IMG/VR virus record: IMGVR_UViG_2630968591_000003
Location: 870 to 64,869 of that record
DNA length: 64,000 nucleotides
Direction: 5' to 3' (one strand)
Origin: a virus
Below, piece by piece: positions 54,756 to 63,838 of this stretch; the stretch's first letter is position 1; every line of letters begins with the position of its first letter. The position numbers were made by a program, and so were the translations under genes. Under the pieces are notes generated by a model that saw nothing but the letters and a program-made list of their open reading frames with translations, did no database searches and had not been told where the DNA came from.

Positions 54756-56284
54756 ACGTCACACGTATTTCCAGCGTCACCTCGTTTGTAGCGGATACGA
54801 CGCTGAGCGGACGCTACATCTTTGAAGAAGGCGGAATGCTCCAGCCGGCGGCAGGCGTGACCCTCACGTTCTCGAAGGCGCTGATCGACGCGAACGACTT
54901 CCAGCAGATCTTCGACCTGTCCAAAGGCGGCACGATCGCCGGGACCATCTACAACGAATACCACTCCGCGTCGTGGTTCGGCGCGGATTACACCGGGCTC
55001 AGCCAATCTGGCACAAAGGTGCAAGCCGCGTTCGATTCGCCTCTCACGCAAAACGTAAAGTGCGTTCGCGGGATGTACCTGTGCAGCGGCGCGGAGCTCA
55101 CGCTGGTCGACAAGCACCTGATTTGCGCGAGCTACCCTTCGGGCAACACGACGGACGGCGTTATGTTCCGTTGGTCGCAAGACATGGGGCCAGGCACGGC
55201 AGCACTGCGCGTCTTTTCGGGCGGCAGGAAACTGGAAAACGCGCAGTATCGTGGTTTCCGCATGCTTGGTCCGGGACAGAAAGGCGCCGTCATGGGTACG
55301 ACGTCGGCTGGCTGCCAGATGGATGGCATCGTTTTCGGCAACGGCGGCAATCACAAGTTCGACGCGAAGGACATCTTCGTGACCGGCGTGCGCTTCGCCT
55401 ATACCGCATGGACCAACAACGGGCATAGCTCGCTCGATAACCTGGGCGGAACCGGCAACTTCGCAACGTGGTGCATCCTCAGCACCGGCGGCGACTGGAA
55501 GTGGACGAACTGCTCGAGCAACGCGGAACTCTGCGCTGCCTTCTACTTGCCGAAGAACGGGAGCATGGGCGTTCACGCCGACATTGAGGACTATTTCAGC
55601 GGTTTCAGCCCGTATTTCGTCTATCAATCAGATACGCTCGATCCGCGCCTTCCTGGCACGGCGACAGCTGGGCTTACCGTGGCGTCCGTCTGGAAGCGCG
55701 TCGCGTGCGAACGGCTGGGCAACGCGTTCATCAATCTCGTTCCGGTTGATTCGAGCATCTTCCAACTGAAATTAATTGCGACCGGCTGGGACTCGTTTGT
55801 CAGCGGCGCTGCGACGATTCAAGCGGAAGCGTCCGATTACGCGATCAAGGCGGGCTACATCGAAGGTCTGGACCTGGACGACGCTCTCGACTCCGGCGGT
55901 GCGGGAACGCTCGCGACGTTCGACCTCGGCGTCATTCAGGTCAGGAACTCGAACGCGCGCGGAATCACCGCGCGCAACGTCCACAACGTCCCTGCCGCCG
56001 GGAAGACCTTCCTAGAAGGGACAACAAACGCGCTCATCGCCGCGCAGACGTCCAAGCTGCCGGTTCTGACGATCCCTGCCGGCGCAACGATCGGCACCTA
56101 CTCGGCCACGGACCTCGAGGCGTGCAGCCGCACGAACTGGTTCCCCATGGCCCGCACGGCTCAAAGCCTTGGTGCTGCGCGTGCAGTTCTTTCCACAAGC
56201 GGCGACGTTGCAACTATCACGCTGTCGGAGGCACTGCCCAACGCAGTGTCATTCACCGTCAACCTGCTCCCTTCAGCTAACTAG
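54752..56284 (+). CDS. Second tailspike/depolymerase-like protein
   Basis: FEEGGMLQPAAGVTLT...QIF...ASWFGAD tailspike N-region, then beta-helix-like body; no signal peptide. Confidence 0.65.
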   Translation: MNVTRISSVTSFVADTTLSGRYIFEEGGMLQPAAGVTLTFSKALIDANDFQQIFDLSKGGTIAGTIYNEYHSASWFGADYTGLSQSGTKVQAAFDSPLTQNVKCVRGMYLCSGAELTLVDKHLICASYPSGNTTDGVMFRWSQDMGPGTAALRVFSGGRKLENAQYRGFRMLGPGQKGAVMGTTSAGCQMDGIVFGNGGNHKFDAKDIFVTGVRFAYTAWTNNGHSSLDNLGGTGNFATWCILSTGGDWKWTNCSSNAELCAAFYLPKNGSMGVHADIEDYFSGFSPYFVYQSDTLDPRLPGTATAGLTVASVWKRVACERLGNAFINLVPVDSSIFQLKLIATGWDSFVSGAATIQAEASDYAIKAGYIEGLDLDDALDSGGAGTLATFDLGVIQVRNSNARGITARNVHNVPAAGKTFLEGTTNALIAAQTSKLPVLTIPAGATIGTYSATDLEACSRTNWFPMARTAQSLGAARAVLSTSGDVATITLSEALPNAVSFTVNLLPSAN

Positions 56285-56337
56285 CTGACGCCTCACCGTT
56301 CCCCGGCCATTTTGGCCGGGGATTCACGGAGACACTG

Positions 56338-56784
56338 ATGAAACCCGATGACTTCATTGCCGCAATTTCGCCGGCGGCTCAAGCATGCGCGGCAAAAACC
56401 AAGATCCCCGCGTCATTCACTATCGCACAGGCCGCTCTTGAATCGGGCTGGGGTGCCGCATGCCCCGGCTTCAATCTGTTCGGCATCAAAGCGGATGCGT
56501 CATGGCATGGCCCCGTCACCGAACAGGTGACGCATGAAGTCGTGAAGGGCAAGCCAATCACGATCACGGCGAAATTCCGCGCGTACAGCGATTGGCTTGG
56601 GAGCATCGAAGACCACGCATCGTTTTTGACGGGCAACCCGCGATATAGCGGTGCGTTCGCCTATGCGAGCGGATCGACGTTCGCTCGAGCTGTGGCTGCC
56701 GCAGGGTATGCCACTGATCCGGACTACGCAACTAAGATCATCAGCATCATCAAGGCGCACAACCTTTCGACACTGGATTCGTGA
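56338..56784 (+). CDS. Endolysin, GH73 glucosaminidase/FlgJ-like muramidase
   Basis: IAQAALESGWG, NLFGIKA, FRAYSDW, GYATDPDYA. Confidence 0.9.
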   Translation: MKPDDFIAAISPAAQACAAKTKIPASFTIAQAALESGWGAACPGFNLFGIKADASWHGPVTEQVTHEVVKGKPITITAKFRAYSDWLGSIEDHASFLTGNPRYSGAFAYASGSTFARAVAAAGYATDPDYATKIISIIKAHNLSTLDS

Positions 56785-56796
56785 TAAGGGAATTCC

Positions 56797-57210
56797 ATGG
56801 CATCGAACCTCAAATACAGCGTCACGCTTAAGAATGACCAGCAAGCAGCGATAACGACGAGACTCGGCGCCAGCGCCGCATACGATCTGTATGACGGCAC
56901 GCAACCGACGTCGCCCGAAACCGCCGTCACCACACAGAACCTTCTCGCCACACTTGTCTGCTCGACGACTCTGGCACCAGCACCTTCGGGCGGCGTGCTC
57001 ATCCTCAACGCCATCAGCAACGGCACTGGCACCGCGGCTGCAGGCACGGGCAAGACGGCCAATTGGTACCGTCTACGAACTTCGGCTGGCGTCGCTCATG
57101 TAGACGGTACGGTCGGCATCAGTGGCTGCGACCTGAACCTCAACAACCCGAACATCGCCACCGGTCAAACGGTTAGCGTGTCGTCGAGCACGTACACGAA
57201 CGGAAACTGA
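56797..57210 (+). CDS. Virion fibre-module protein
   Basis: 137 aa Thr/Gly-rich; GTA.WYRL...DG.VG..G.DLNLNN motif. Confidence 0.65.
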   Translation: MASNLKYSVTLKNDQQAAITTRLGASAAYDLYDGTQPTSPETAVTTQNLLATLVCSTTLAPAPSGGVLILNAISNGTGTAAAGTGKTANWYRLRTSAGVAHVDGTVGISGCDLNLNNPNIATGQTVSVSSSTYTNGN

Positions 57211-57230
57211 TCTCGTAATCGGAGGCACGC

Positions 57231-58592
57231 ATGGGGAGCCTATCCGGTTCGACAACCATTCTCGCGGGCACAGAGACATTCAATCTCTCGTCGCCCGCAC
57301 AGACGGACTGGATCGAGTTTCACGCGTCAACAACGCCGAACCGCATGAGCGGAGCTGGCTCGACCATTGGCTTGCCGACACTGCTAGGTTCCGGCGTCTC
57401 GTGGGGCACGTTCGCATTCGGCCTTGGCTACACGTGGACCGGCGGCACTCCGCAAGCCTCTGGAACCGCCGTCAAGGAAGGCATTTTCGTCAGCGCGACA
57501 ACGGCAACAGCCGGGCAGGGTTTTAAATTCACCCTCCCAGCGGACACGACTAGTCGCACGGTTACGATTTATTGGGGTGGAAATAGCTGCGCCTCGCAGA
57601 TTGATATTTCGCTGTCAGACGGAAGCGCAGCCCCGGTACAGCATCTGCCTGCCGCACCGGGTTCAGGTGCGTCTCAGTTTCTAGCCACTACGCTTACGTA
57701 TAGCGCGGACTCGGCAGGCAAACAGCTGATCTGTCAGCTTACTGCCAAGTCGATTATAGGCGGCGGCGGTAACGTGTGGATGGGGGCAGCTAAGTACCTG
57801 AATGCCACGGCTACATCCACTGGCGCAGGGGCCTCAATTCAGGGTGGGAATACTGGCTCTGCCATCGGGGCGGTGTCGATTTCCCGATCTGCTGCACAGG
57901 GCCAGGCGAAGAATTCTGGAGCCACTTCCGGGGCCGTGGTTGTGAGTGGTTCAGGCGCCGGCACGCAGACGGCAAATGCGGTCTCTTCGGTGGCGCGAAG
58001 TGCCATATCTGGCACTTCGGCATCGACTCAGGCAAGCAACACGGCGGCGGCATCTGGCTCTGTCGGAATCTCCGGCGCGGCGGCAAGCACTCAAGCGCCG
58101 AATGCCTCGACCGCATCTGGCGCAATCGGCAATGTCTCGCAAGGCAGCGCGGCGAGCACGCAAGCGAAGAATGTGTCGGCGGCGGCCGGCGGCGTATTGG
58201 TTTCTGGTTCTGGCGCGTCTGTCCAATCGGAAAACGTCGTTGCGGCATCGGGAAGCGTCGTCTATTCGGTCATTTCTGGTGCGGGATTATCAACCCAAGC
58301 CAAGACATTATCCCTGGCGATTGGTGCAGTTTCCGTCTCCGGTTCGGCGGCATCGATGCAGGCGCCCAATAGCGATTCTTCGACTGGCGTCGTTGTTGTG
58401 TCGGGTTCTCTCGCGTCAGTGACTCAGCGACCCAGCTTGAGTGCTGCGATCGGCCAGGTTACTGCGACTTCGTACGCTGCCGATCAGAACTATCTCGTCA
58501 CAGTCGCGCCGCGGCCATTCTGTTCCATCGCTTCGGTTCGACCATTCTATTCGGCGGAATTAGCCCGCTATTTCTACGTGAAATGCGCATGA
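57231..58592 (+). CDS. Repeat-stalk fibre protein
   Basis: N-terminal beta-sandwich, then about ten 21-aa repeats xVSGxxASxQAxNxxxASGxV. Confidence 0.7.
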   Translation: MGSLSGSTTILAGTETFNLSSPAQTDWIEFHASTTPNRMSGAGSTIGLPTLLGSGVSWGTFAFGLGYTWTGGTPQASGTAVKEGIFVSATTATAGQGFKFTLPADTTSRTVTIYWGGNSCASQIDISLSDGSAAPVQHLPAAPGSGASQFLATTLTYSADSAGKQLICQLTAKSIIGGGGNVWMGAAKYLNATATSTGAGASIQGGNTGSAIGAVSISRSAAQGQAKNSGATSGAVVVSGSGAGTQTANAVSSVARSAISGTSASTQASNTAAASGSVGISGAAASTQAPNASTASGAIGNVSQGSAASTQAKNVSAAAGGVLVSGSGASVQSENVVAASGSVVYSVISGAGLSTQAKTLSLAIGAVSVSGSAASMQAPNSDSSTGVVVVSGSLASVTQRPSLSAAIGQVTATSYAADQNYLVTVAPRPFCSIASVRPFYSAELARYFYVKCA

Positions 58593-58948
58593 ACTTCAAT
58601 CTGACTCCACAGTTGAGCCTGAAAGACCCGCGCGAGACGGTTGTGATAACGATGGATGCGACGGCTATGCTGGCACCCGGAGAAACATTAACAGGGACGC
58701 CGGAAGTTTCTATCAAAGCGACTGCAGGCGCCGATTCAACGCCCTCTCTGGTTCTCTCGGGCGTGGTCATAAATTCGGTTCCTCTGACGCTACTCAAGGG
58801 CAAGGCGATCGCAATTGGCGCTGCAGTTCAGGCCGTCTGCTCGGCGGGCACATTCGGCAGTCAGTATTGGATCGCCATTACGTGCCAGACCAGCAATCCG
58901 AACAAGATATTGGTTTTGAAGGCAGCGTTGCCGATGTCGTCGCAGTAA
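58583..58948 (+). CDS. Fibre adaptor-like protein
   Basis: KDPRETVVITMD...GS.Y.IAITCQTS. Confidence 0.6.
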   Translation: MRMNFNLTPQLSLKDPRETVVITMDATAMLAPGETLTGTPEVSIKATAGADSTPSLVLSGVVINSVPLTLLKGKAIAIGAAVQAVCSAGTFGSQYWIAITCQTSNPNKILVLKAALPMSSQ

Positions 58949-58991
58949 TCGCCGGTCCCTACCGACCTTACCCAATCTTATGCATCTTACG

Positions 58992-59013
58992 GCCGCCTAC
59001 GGGCGGCTTTTTT
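58992..59013 (+). terminator. Intrinsic terminator
   Basis: gccgcc-tacg-ggcggc-tttttt. Confidence 0.7.
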
Positions 59014-59028
59014 GTTGGAGAAATGGAA

Positions 59029-59253
59029 ATGAACAACGCATCGTCCTTGATCACCGGCGGCGCCACTCTGACCGCAGCTTCGCTCGTGCCGGCCGTCCAA
59101 TGGGCCTCGATGGGCTTCCCAATGCCCATGCCGCCCGAAGTGCAACTGCTCGTCGCGGGCGCACTCGTGACGGCGATTCACGCGGTCTGCAACGTCCTTG
59201 CGGCCCGTGCCGCGGCGAAAGCAGAGCCCAAAGCGCCTGCAGTGCAATCGTGA
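59029..59253 (+). CDS. Probable holin (two TM segments)
   Basis: Two hydrophobic helices, basic C-tail, GGAG RBS. Confidence 0.55.
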   Translation: MNNASSLITGGATLTAASLVPAVQWASMGFPMPMPPEVQLLVAGALVTAIHAVCNVLAARAAAKAEPKAPAVQS

Positions 59254-59564
59254 ATCGCGCTCTGTGCTGCCTCGCGGTGGCGTCTCTCGCCGGCTGTGCC
59301 GGCACGGCGTCATATAGCGTGAAACCGTTCTATGAGCCGAACACGAAGCAAATCATCTGCTGTGAGGCCTCCGCCCAAAACGGAAAGGATATCAGTTCAC
59401 TCACGTTCGATCTGTCTATGGCGCCAGACAGCACCGTCACCGTTCACTTCGCTGAAAACGGCGTCGGAGCCACGGCTCCACTGAATGCGCAAGGCGCCGT
59501 CATCAGCAATGTCGCTGGCGCGGCCTCCAATGCCGCAGCCGCGGCTATCAAACTCGCTCCTTAA
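59250..59564 (+). CDS. Lipoprotein
   Basis: GTG start; lipobox LAGC. Confidence 0.7.
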   Translation: MNRALCCLAVASLAGCAGTASYSVKPFYEPNTKQIICCEASAQNGKDISSLTFDLSMAPDSTVTVHFAENGVGATAPLNAQGAVISNVAGAASNAAAAAIKLAP

Positions 59565-59573
59565 GGAAATCCC

Positions 59574-60029
59574 ATGCTTCGCAAATTCGCGCCCTTCATT
59601 GCGGCAGGCGTCATCGCGTCCGTTGTCTCGGCATGCGCCTCCGCTCCCGCTCAATCGCCCGCTCAATTGCTGTCCGCTGTGCATACCCAAGTCGGCATCG
59701 CTTGCACCGCCGCCGTCCCGTCTCTCAACTCCATCAAGGCGCTCGAGCCAGGCCTGACCGCGGATCAAGCGGCAGTCGTCGACAAGGTGTATTCGGATGC
59801 AATCGCGTTCTGCGCTGTGCATGATTCGGTCAGCGTCGCAAGTGTCCAGGCGTTTGCGAACACGTCGATTCCGGCCGCGCTGCAACTCGTGAACGATTCG
59901 TCGCTCTCGCAGAACGACAAGACGCTCGTGGCCATCGGCGCAATTGCGCTGCAGACCGCACTGAACACGGCAATTGCTCAGTTCAATGCGGCGGCTCCCG
60001 CTTCGGCTCCGGTCGGCGCGAGCGCGTAA
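59574..60029 (+). CDS. Lipoprotein with hydrophobic C-terminal helix (spanin candidate)
   Basis: Lipobox VSAC; KTLVAIGAIALQTALNTAIAQF. Confidence 0.7.
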   Translation: MLRKFAPFIAAGVIASVVSACASAPAQSPAQLLSAVHTQVGIACTAAVPSLNSIKALEPGLTADQAAVVDKVYSDAIAFCAVHDSVSVASVQAFANTSIPAALQLVNDSSLSQNDKTLVAIGAIALQTALNTAIAQFNAAAPASAPVGASA

Positions 60030-60418
60030 TGAGCAAGTTCCTGACGTCTCTCGTGATGCAGAACGCGACCGACCAGGATGACGGGAAGTGGCGGCTCACG
60101 CAGCCGCTCGTCTATGACTCGGACGTCGCCGGACGAGTGTTCGTTGTGCCGGTGGGGTTTGTGACTGACTTGGCATCAGTGCCGCGGGTGCCGATCGCTT
60201 ACCTGCTCGCGGGCGGCACTTCCGCAGAGGCATCGGTCGTTCACGATGCCATCTATACCTATCACTGGGTATCTCGGGAGATTGCGGATGCTGTTCTGCG
60301 CGAAGCATCCGCTGTCACTCAGGTTCCCTGGCTACGCCGCCAAATCATGTGGCTCGCAGTTCGCTGCTTCGGTGGCAGTCACTGGGATGCCCCCATGATT
60401 AGCGAAAAGTCCGTGTAA
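60029..60418 (+). CDS. DUF1353 family protein
   Basis: VPVGFVTDLASVPR...AS.VHDAIY...AD...EA...WLAVRCFG. Confidence 0.88.
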   Translation: MSKFLTSLVMQNATDQDDGKWRLTQPLVYDSDVAGRVFVVPVGFVTDLASVPRVPIAYLLAGGTSAEASVVHDAIYTYHWVSREIADAVLREASAVTQVPWLRRQIMWLAVRCFGGSHWDAPMISEKSV

Positions 60419-60799
60419 TTCGTCGGCCGCCTTGCAGTAAGCTAGGTGCGCCTCTTCGGGAGTATCGAAGAGGCCAAGATGCCTTTGCTTCCAGTTCACC
60501 ACAATGTAGGCCCTCCATTTTCGATTCTGAGCATGCCAGCAAACGCCTTTGAATCCTGACTTGTTGTTCTTGCTCAGCGACCGGTTATGCTGGTTTTGCG
60601 AGTGAGTGGCCTTGCGGAGATTGTCTATCCAATTTTCGCTCGGGACCAGATTCTTATGGTCAATGAGCGGCACGAACTCCCCATAATAAATGGCCCATGC
60701 TTCGAAGCCCATCACGGCATAACAGGCGATCTCTTGTATTCGCCTTTTACAGCCAATATGCTGTATCCCGCTACGCCAGCATGATCGGCGTAGCGGCAC
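60332..60799 (-). pseudogene. 5'-degenerate HNH-AP2 homing endonuclease
   Basis: LIDHKN...NWIDNLR...NNKSGFKGVCW...WRAYI...HLGLFDTPEEAHLAY; N-terminal part scrambled, no credible start or RBS. Confidence 0.65.
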
Positions 60800-60803
60800 C
60801 CCT

Positions 60804-60971
60804 CTACGCGCCTACGCGCACATCAACCAGCGGCACCAGCGGGACGATACGACAACCGCGATCTCCCGCTTCGTCCGCTTCCCGCTTGCTCTGCGTGACA
60901 AAGGTAAGATCCCGCTTCGGATCGTACACATGCCACGCAACAACATTCTCTTCTGCACTATTATTGTTCAT
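60804..60971 (-). CDS. Small hypothetical protein
   Basis: MNNNSAEENVVAWHVYDPKRD..., 55 aa, GGGGA RBS. Confidence 0.5.
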   Translation of the reverse strand: MNNNSAEENVVAWHVYDPKRDLTFVTQSKREADEAGDRGCRIVPLVPLVDVRVGA

Positions 60972-61003
60972 TGCTTCCCCGATTTTTAGGTGTGGGTTTC
61001 TTG

Positions 61004-63601
61004 TTATTCGATGTCTAACGTCATAAACGGTGTCGGGCTTACGAACCGTAGCCCGAGCACTCGTCTATTGATGAACTCAAACACATACACAGGCACTGCC
61101 GACCTCGCAAATACTCTAATTCCCCAAGTCTCGCCCTCCCGGACTCGAATATCTGTCAACTCGAAGCGCACCGGCTTTCCGAGGTCTGCCTTGGTCAGGT
61201 CTAGAACGACGTGATCCTTAATCTCGTTGTTAGGACTGACTATCTCGACTCCCACCAGTCCCTGCTTCACGAAGTCCACAGACATGACGAAAGAGACTGC
61301 GGCCAGCTTCCCGGCACGCGGTGCGACGCGGTATTCCCTGAACGGCATGGAGGACAGCGAGTCGCTCAGCTCCAGCGAAGATCCGGCGTTCCTCCATCCC
61401 ATCCGATCGCTGAACTGCTTCACCGGCACAAACTGCGGAGCAACGGCGCCCCATAGGTCAGCCCTCCTGCGGAAGACACGCAATCTCCACGAATAACGAG
61501 CCATATGGCGAAGGCCAGCTAGCTCGCTTGCCTGGGCGAGGGATAGAGATGACTGACCACCCTCCACAGTAGGAAATCCTGTCGTGGCGCGCACCCAAGC
61601 TGGCAGCCTATGGAGACGCCGCGCTTGTTCCGACCAACTTGCCTCGCCGCCATGACGACGCTGCATCTCAGCGATAACGCGGGCGTTTTCCTTTCCAGAG
61701 AAATGCTCTTCGCAATACGACGAGTTCGCCTCTTTTATCTTTTGCTGATCGTACTTACCGGAGACGACGTCCTTCAAGCCAAAAAGCCAAGACGTCGACG
61801 CGAATGGGTAGTTAACGACAATGGCGTTCTCACCGTCCTCAATATTGTCAAACGGCGGGGTATTCGGAACGATCGCGACGGCGTTTAACAGTTTCGCCGT
61901 GAGCAATGCGTGTTGGGTCTTAAACCGATTATTCCGCGTCTCACTCGGAGCGTGCAGAACATAATCAGGAGAGAACCGAGCGAAGCGCCGCATCGCAAAC
62001 AAGTATCCCGTTTCGAAAGGCAATAGAGTGACCCGCATGCCAGTCGGAAGGCGGTCAAGGTCGGTCCGTTCATCGTCGTCTGGCTTTGGCGCCACGAGGT
62101 GAATTCTTGCCCCTTGCTCCGCGAGGCTGACCAACGCCGGGAAAACTATCGACCACAATCCCTTATTCCGGTGTGACCCGCCTGCACACGCAATGACTAT
62201 CTCGCCTTCCGCTTTGTGCTCGCGGAAATCGACGGAAAGAGCACGCTGATCGAAGCTCGATACTGGAAAAACGGTCAGATTCTCGTGAAGTTTGTTCTCT
62301 TTAAAATAACCCAGCAGGTTGGCGCTCGATAGCAGCACGCCACTGAACAGTTTCAGGTCCTCGCGAAGCTTGGGTAAACGGAAATCTTCGCCGGGCACGG
62401 ACACCTCTTTGTTCTCAACCAACATTGGCAAGTTGTCGTCGAGGAAAAAGTAAGTGGGAATGCCCAGTGCTTTAGCCGCTTCAATCCAAGGTCGGAACGC
62501 AGAAATATGTCGAACGAAGATAACCGAGGTGGCTCGAGCGAGTTCCTCTACGCCGAAACCTCCGTGGTAGGAGATGACGCGCACTCGACGGGCAACTTCC
62601 GCGGGAAGCATGTCGAAATACAGAGTCGTTGAAGCGTTGTAGTGGAGGTTGACGACGAGTGTGTATCCATCGTCGGACTTCTTCGGCGGCTGCCATTCCG
62701 GGATTTTCCAGCCGCGCGCTTGTGCATGCTTTTGCGCCAAGCTGTCGCAAACGGACTGGGTACTGATACCGTGGTCTGGATTGGGCAACAAAACCTCGTA
62801 CTCAGGGATGTTCGCCGGCCGAAGCGCTTCGTTTCTTGACGTTCGCATCCACTCGTCTACAGCCCAACTATCGAGCGCATATGTGTTGCCCAGGCTGTCG
62901 GATGTCATCGGACCGTCTTCGCGTCCGACCGCGACGTCGACGAACCTAACTTCGTACCGCTCGGCCGCTCTGCACCAAAGATCCCAGTCGCAGACTCGAG
63001 CGATGACGATGTGGGGGTCGTAGAAACCGATGTCTTCGATCATGTCCCTTGGCATGAGGACCCCGTTGTTGGGAATGAAATTCCCAAGCCGAAGGTGGCC
63101 TTGTGACCTTGCGGACCCGAGCCGCATGTCAATAATTTCTCCCGTCTTCTGGTCCTTATGCGACCACTCAACGTGCCCATAAACGATCGCCGTAGGAAAC
63201 TTCTCGGATTCCGCAAGAAGCTTTTCAAGGGCGTCATCATTGAACATTGTGTCATCGAAGGCGAACGAAATCCGGTCGGCGCGAGCGCGCACGTACGCCT
63301 CATACTCAGAGATTGCGGGCAGACCTATGTTCTTCGGGTGACGAAGGCAACTGATTCGCCCGTCTCTACGCTGAAATTCCGCGATCTGATCGGCAGTTCC
63401 ATCAGTGCTTGCGTCGTCGATTATGATGAGTTCGATATCGTCGAGCGTCTGTGACAGGATTGACTCCACAGCCCTCTTGAAGAGGCCGCTTTTGCCGCGC
63501 CGAAAAGTGGGAAGCAGGACCGATAGCTTGGGTTTGACGTCTGCGTCGTACGAAAAACCCGGGATCCAGATGGTGTCGGAGATCAGTTCTTTTACTTTCA
63601 T
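61004..63601 (-). CDS. Multidomain glycosyltransferase (GT2 N-terminus, second GT-like region, C-terminal beta domain)
   Basis: LSVLLPTFRR, ELIIIDDASTDGT, AFDD, CDWDLW; 865 aa. Confidence 0.85.
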   Translation of the reverse strand: MKVKELISDTIWIPGFSYDADVKPKLSVLLPTFRRGKSGLFKRAVESILSQTLDDIELIIIDDASTDGTADQIAEFQRRDGRISCLRHPKNIGLPAISEYEAYVRARADRISFAFDDTMFNDDALEKLLAESEKFPTAIVYGHVEWSHKDQKTGEIIDMRLGSARSQGHLRLGNFIPNNGVLMPRDMIEDIGFYDPHIVIARVCDWDLWCRAAERYEVRFVDVAVGREDGPMTSDSLGNTYALDSWAVDEWMRTSRNEALRPANIPEYEVLLPNPDHGISTQSVCDSLAQKHAQARGWKIPEWQPPKKSDDGYTLVVNLHYNASTTLYFDMLPAEVARRVRVISYHGGFGVEELARATSVIFVRHISAFRPWIEAAKALGIPTYFFLDDNLPMLVENKEVSVPGEDFRLPKLREDLKLFSGVLLSSANLLGYFKENKLHENLTVFPVSSFDQRALSVDFREHKAEGEIVIACAGGSHRNKGLWSIVFPALVSLAEQGARIHLVAPKPDDDERTDLDRLPTGMRVTLLPFETGYLFAMRRFARFSPDYVLHAPSETRNNRFKTQHALLTAKLLNAVAIVPNTPPFDNIEDGENAIVVNYPFASTSWLFGLKDVVSGKYDQQKIKEANSSYCEEHFSGKENARVIAEMQRRHGGEASWSEQARRLHRLPAWVRATTGFPTVEGGQSSLSLAQASELAGLRHMARYSWRLRVFRRRADLWGAVAPQFVPVKQFSDRMGWRNAGSSLELSDSLSSMPFREYRVAPRAGKLAAVSFVMSVDFVKQGLVGVEIVSPNNEIKDHVVLDLTKADLGKPVRFELTDIRVREGETWGIRVFARSAVPVYVFEFINRRVLGLRFVSPTPFMTLDIE

Positions 63602-63705
63602 TCTGTAATTTTTTCCGGCTGGCCGAAGTTGGCGTGGATTTTACCGTAAGGGCTTACAGTAAACGCTATTCGTCTTATCGAATTTTTGTCTGAGCTTGGC
63701 GCCAT

Positions 63706-63742
63706 AAAAAAGTCCCGCCAACCAGCGAAGGTTGAGCGGGAC
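63706..63742 (-). terminator. Strong intrinsic terminator upstream of the glycosyltransferase
   Basis: Minus strand gtcccgc-t-caacc-ttcgct-ggttg-gcgggac-tttttt. Confidence 0.75.
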
Positions 63743-63838
63743 CATCAAGCGCAGCGCGCCATGCAAAACGCGCTTGTTTCTATTATCAGATGTTTGGCGC
63801 CTAGTTCAAGGCGCGAAATGATTCGCTGTATTTCAGAT

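Larger units (their letters stand above)
1..63601. mobile_element. Temperate phage/prophage: lambdoid early and control region joined to a Bcep781-like myovirus structural module; boundaries (att sites) not visible
   Basis: Contiguous xis/int-like, cI/cro, replication, terminase, portal, capsid, sheath, baseplate, tailspike and endolysin genes in canonical order. Confidence 0.95.

Noticed and set aside
59023-59031. Met-Glu-Met dual-start motif in the holin-like gene
   Set aside because: The RBS is only 2 nt from the first ATG, and the extra residue is acidic rather than basic as in lambda S107
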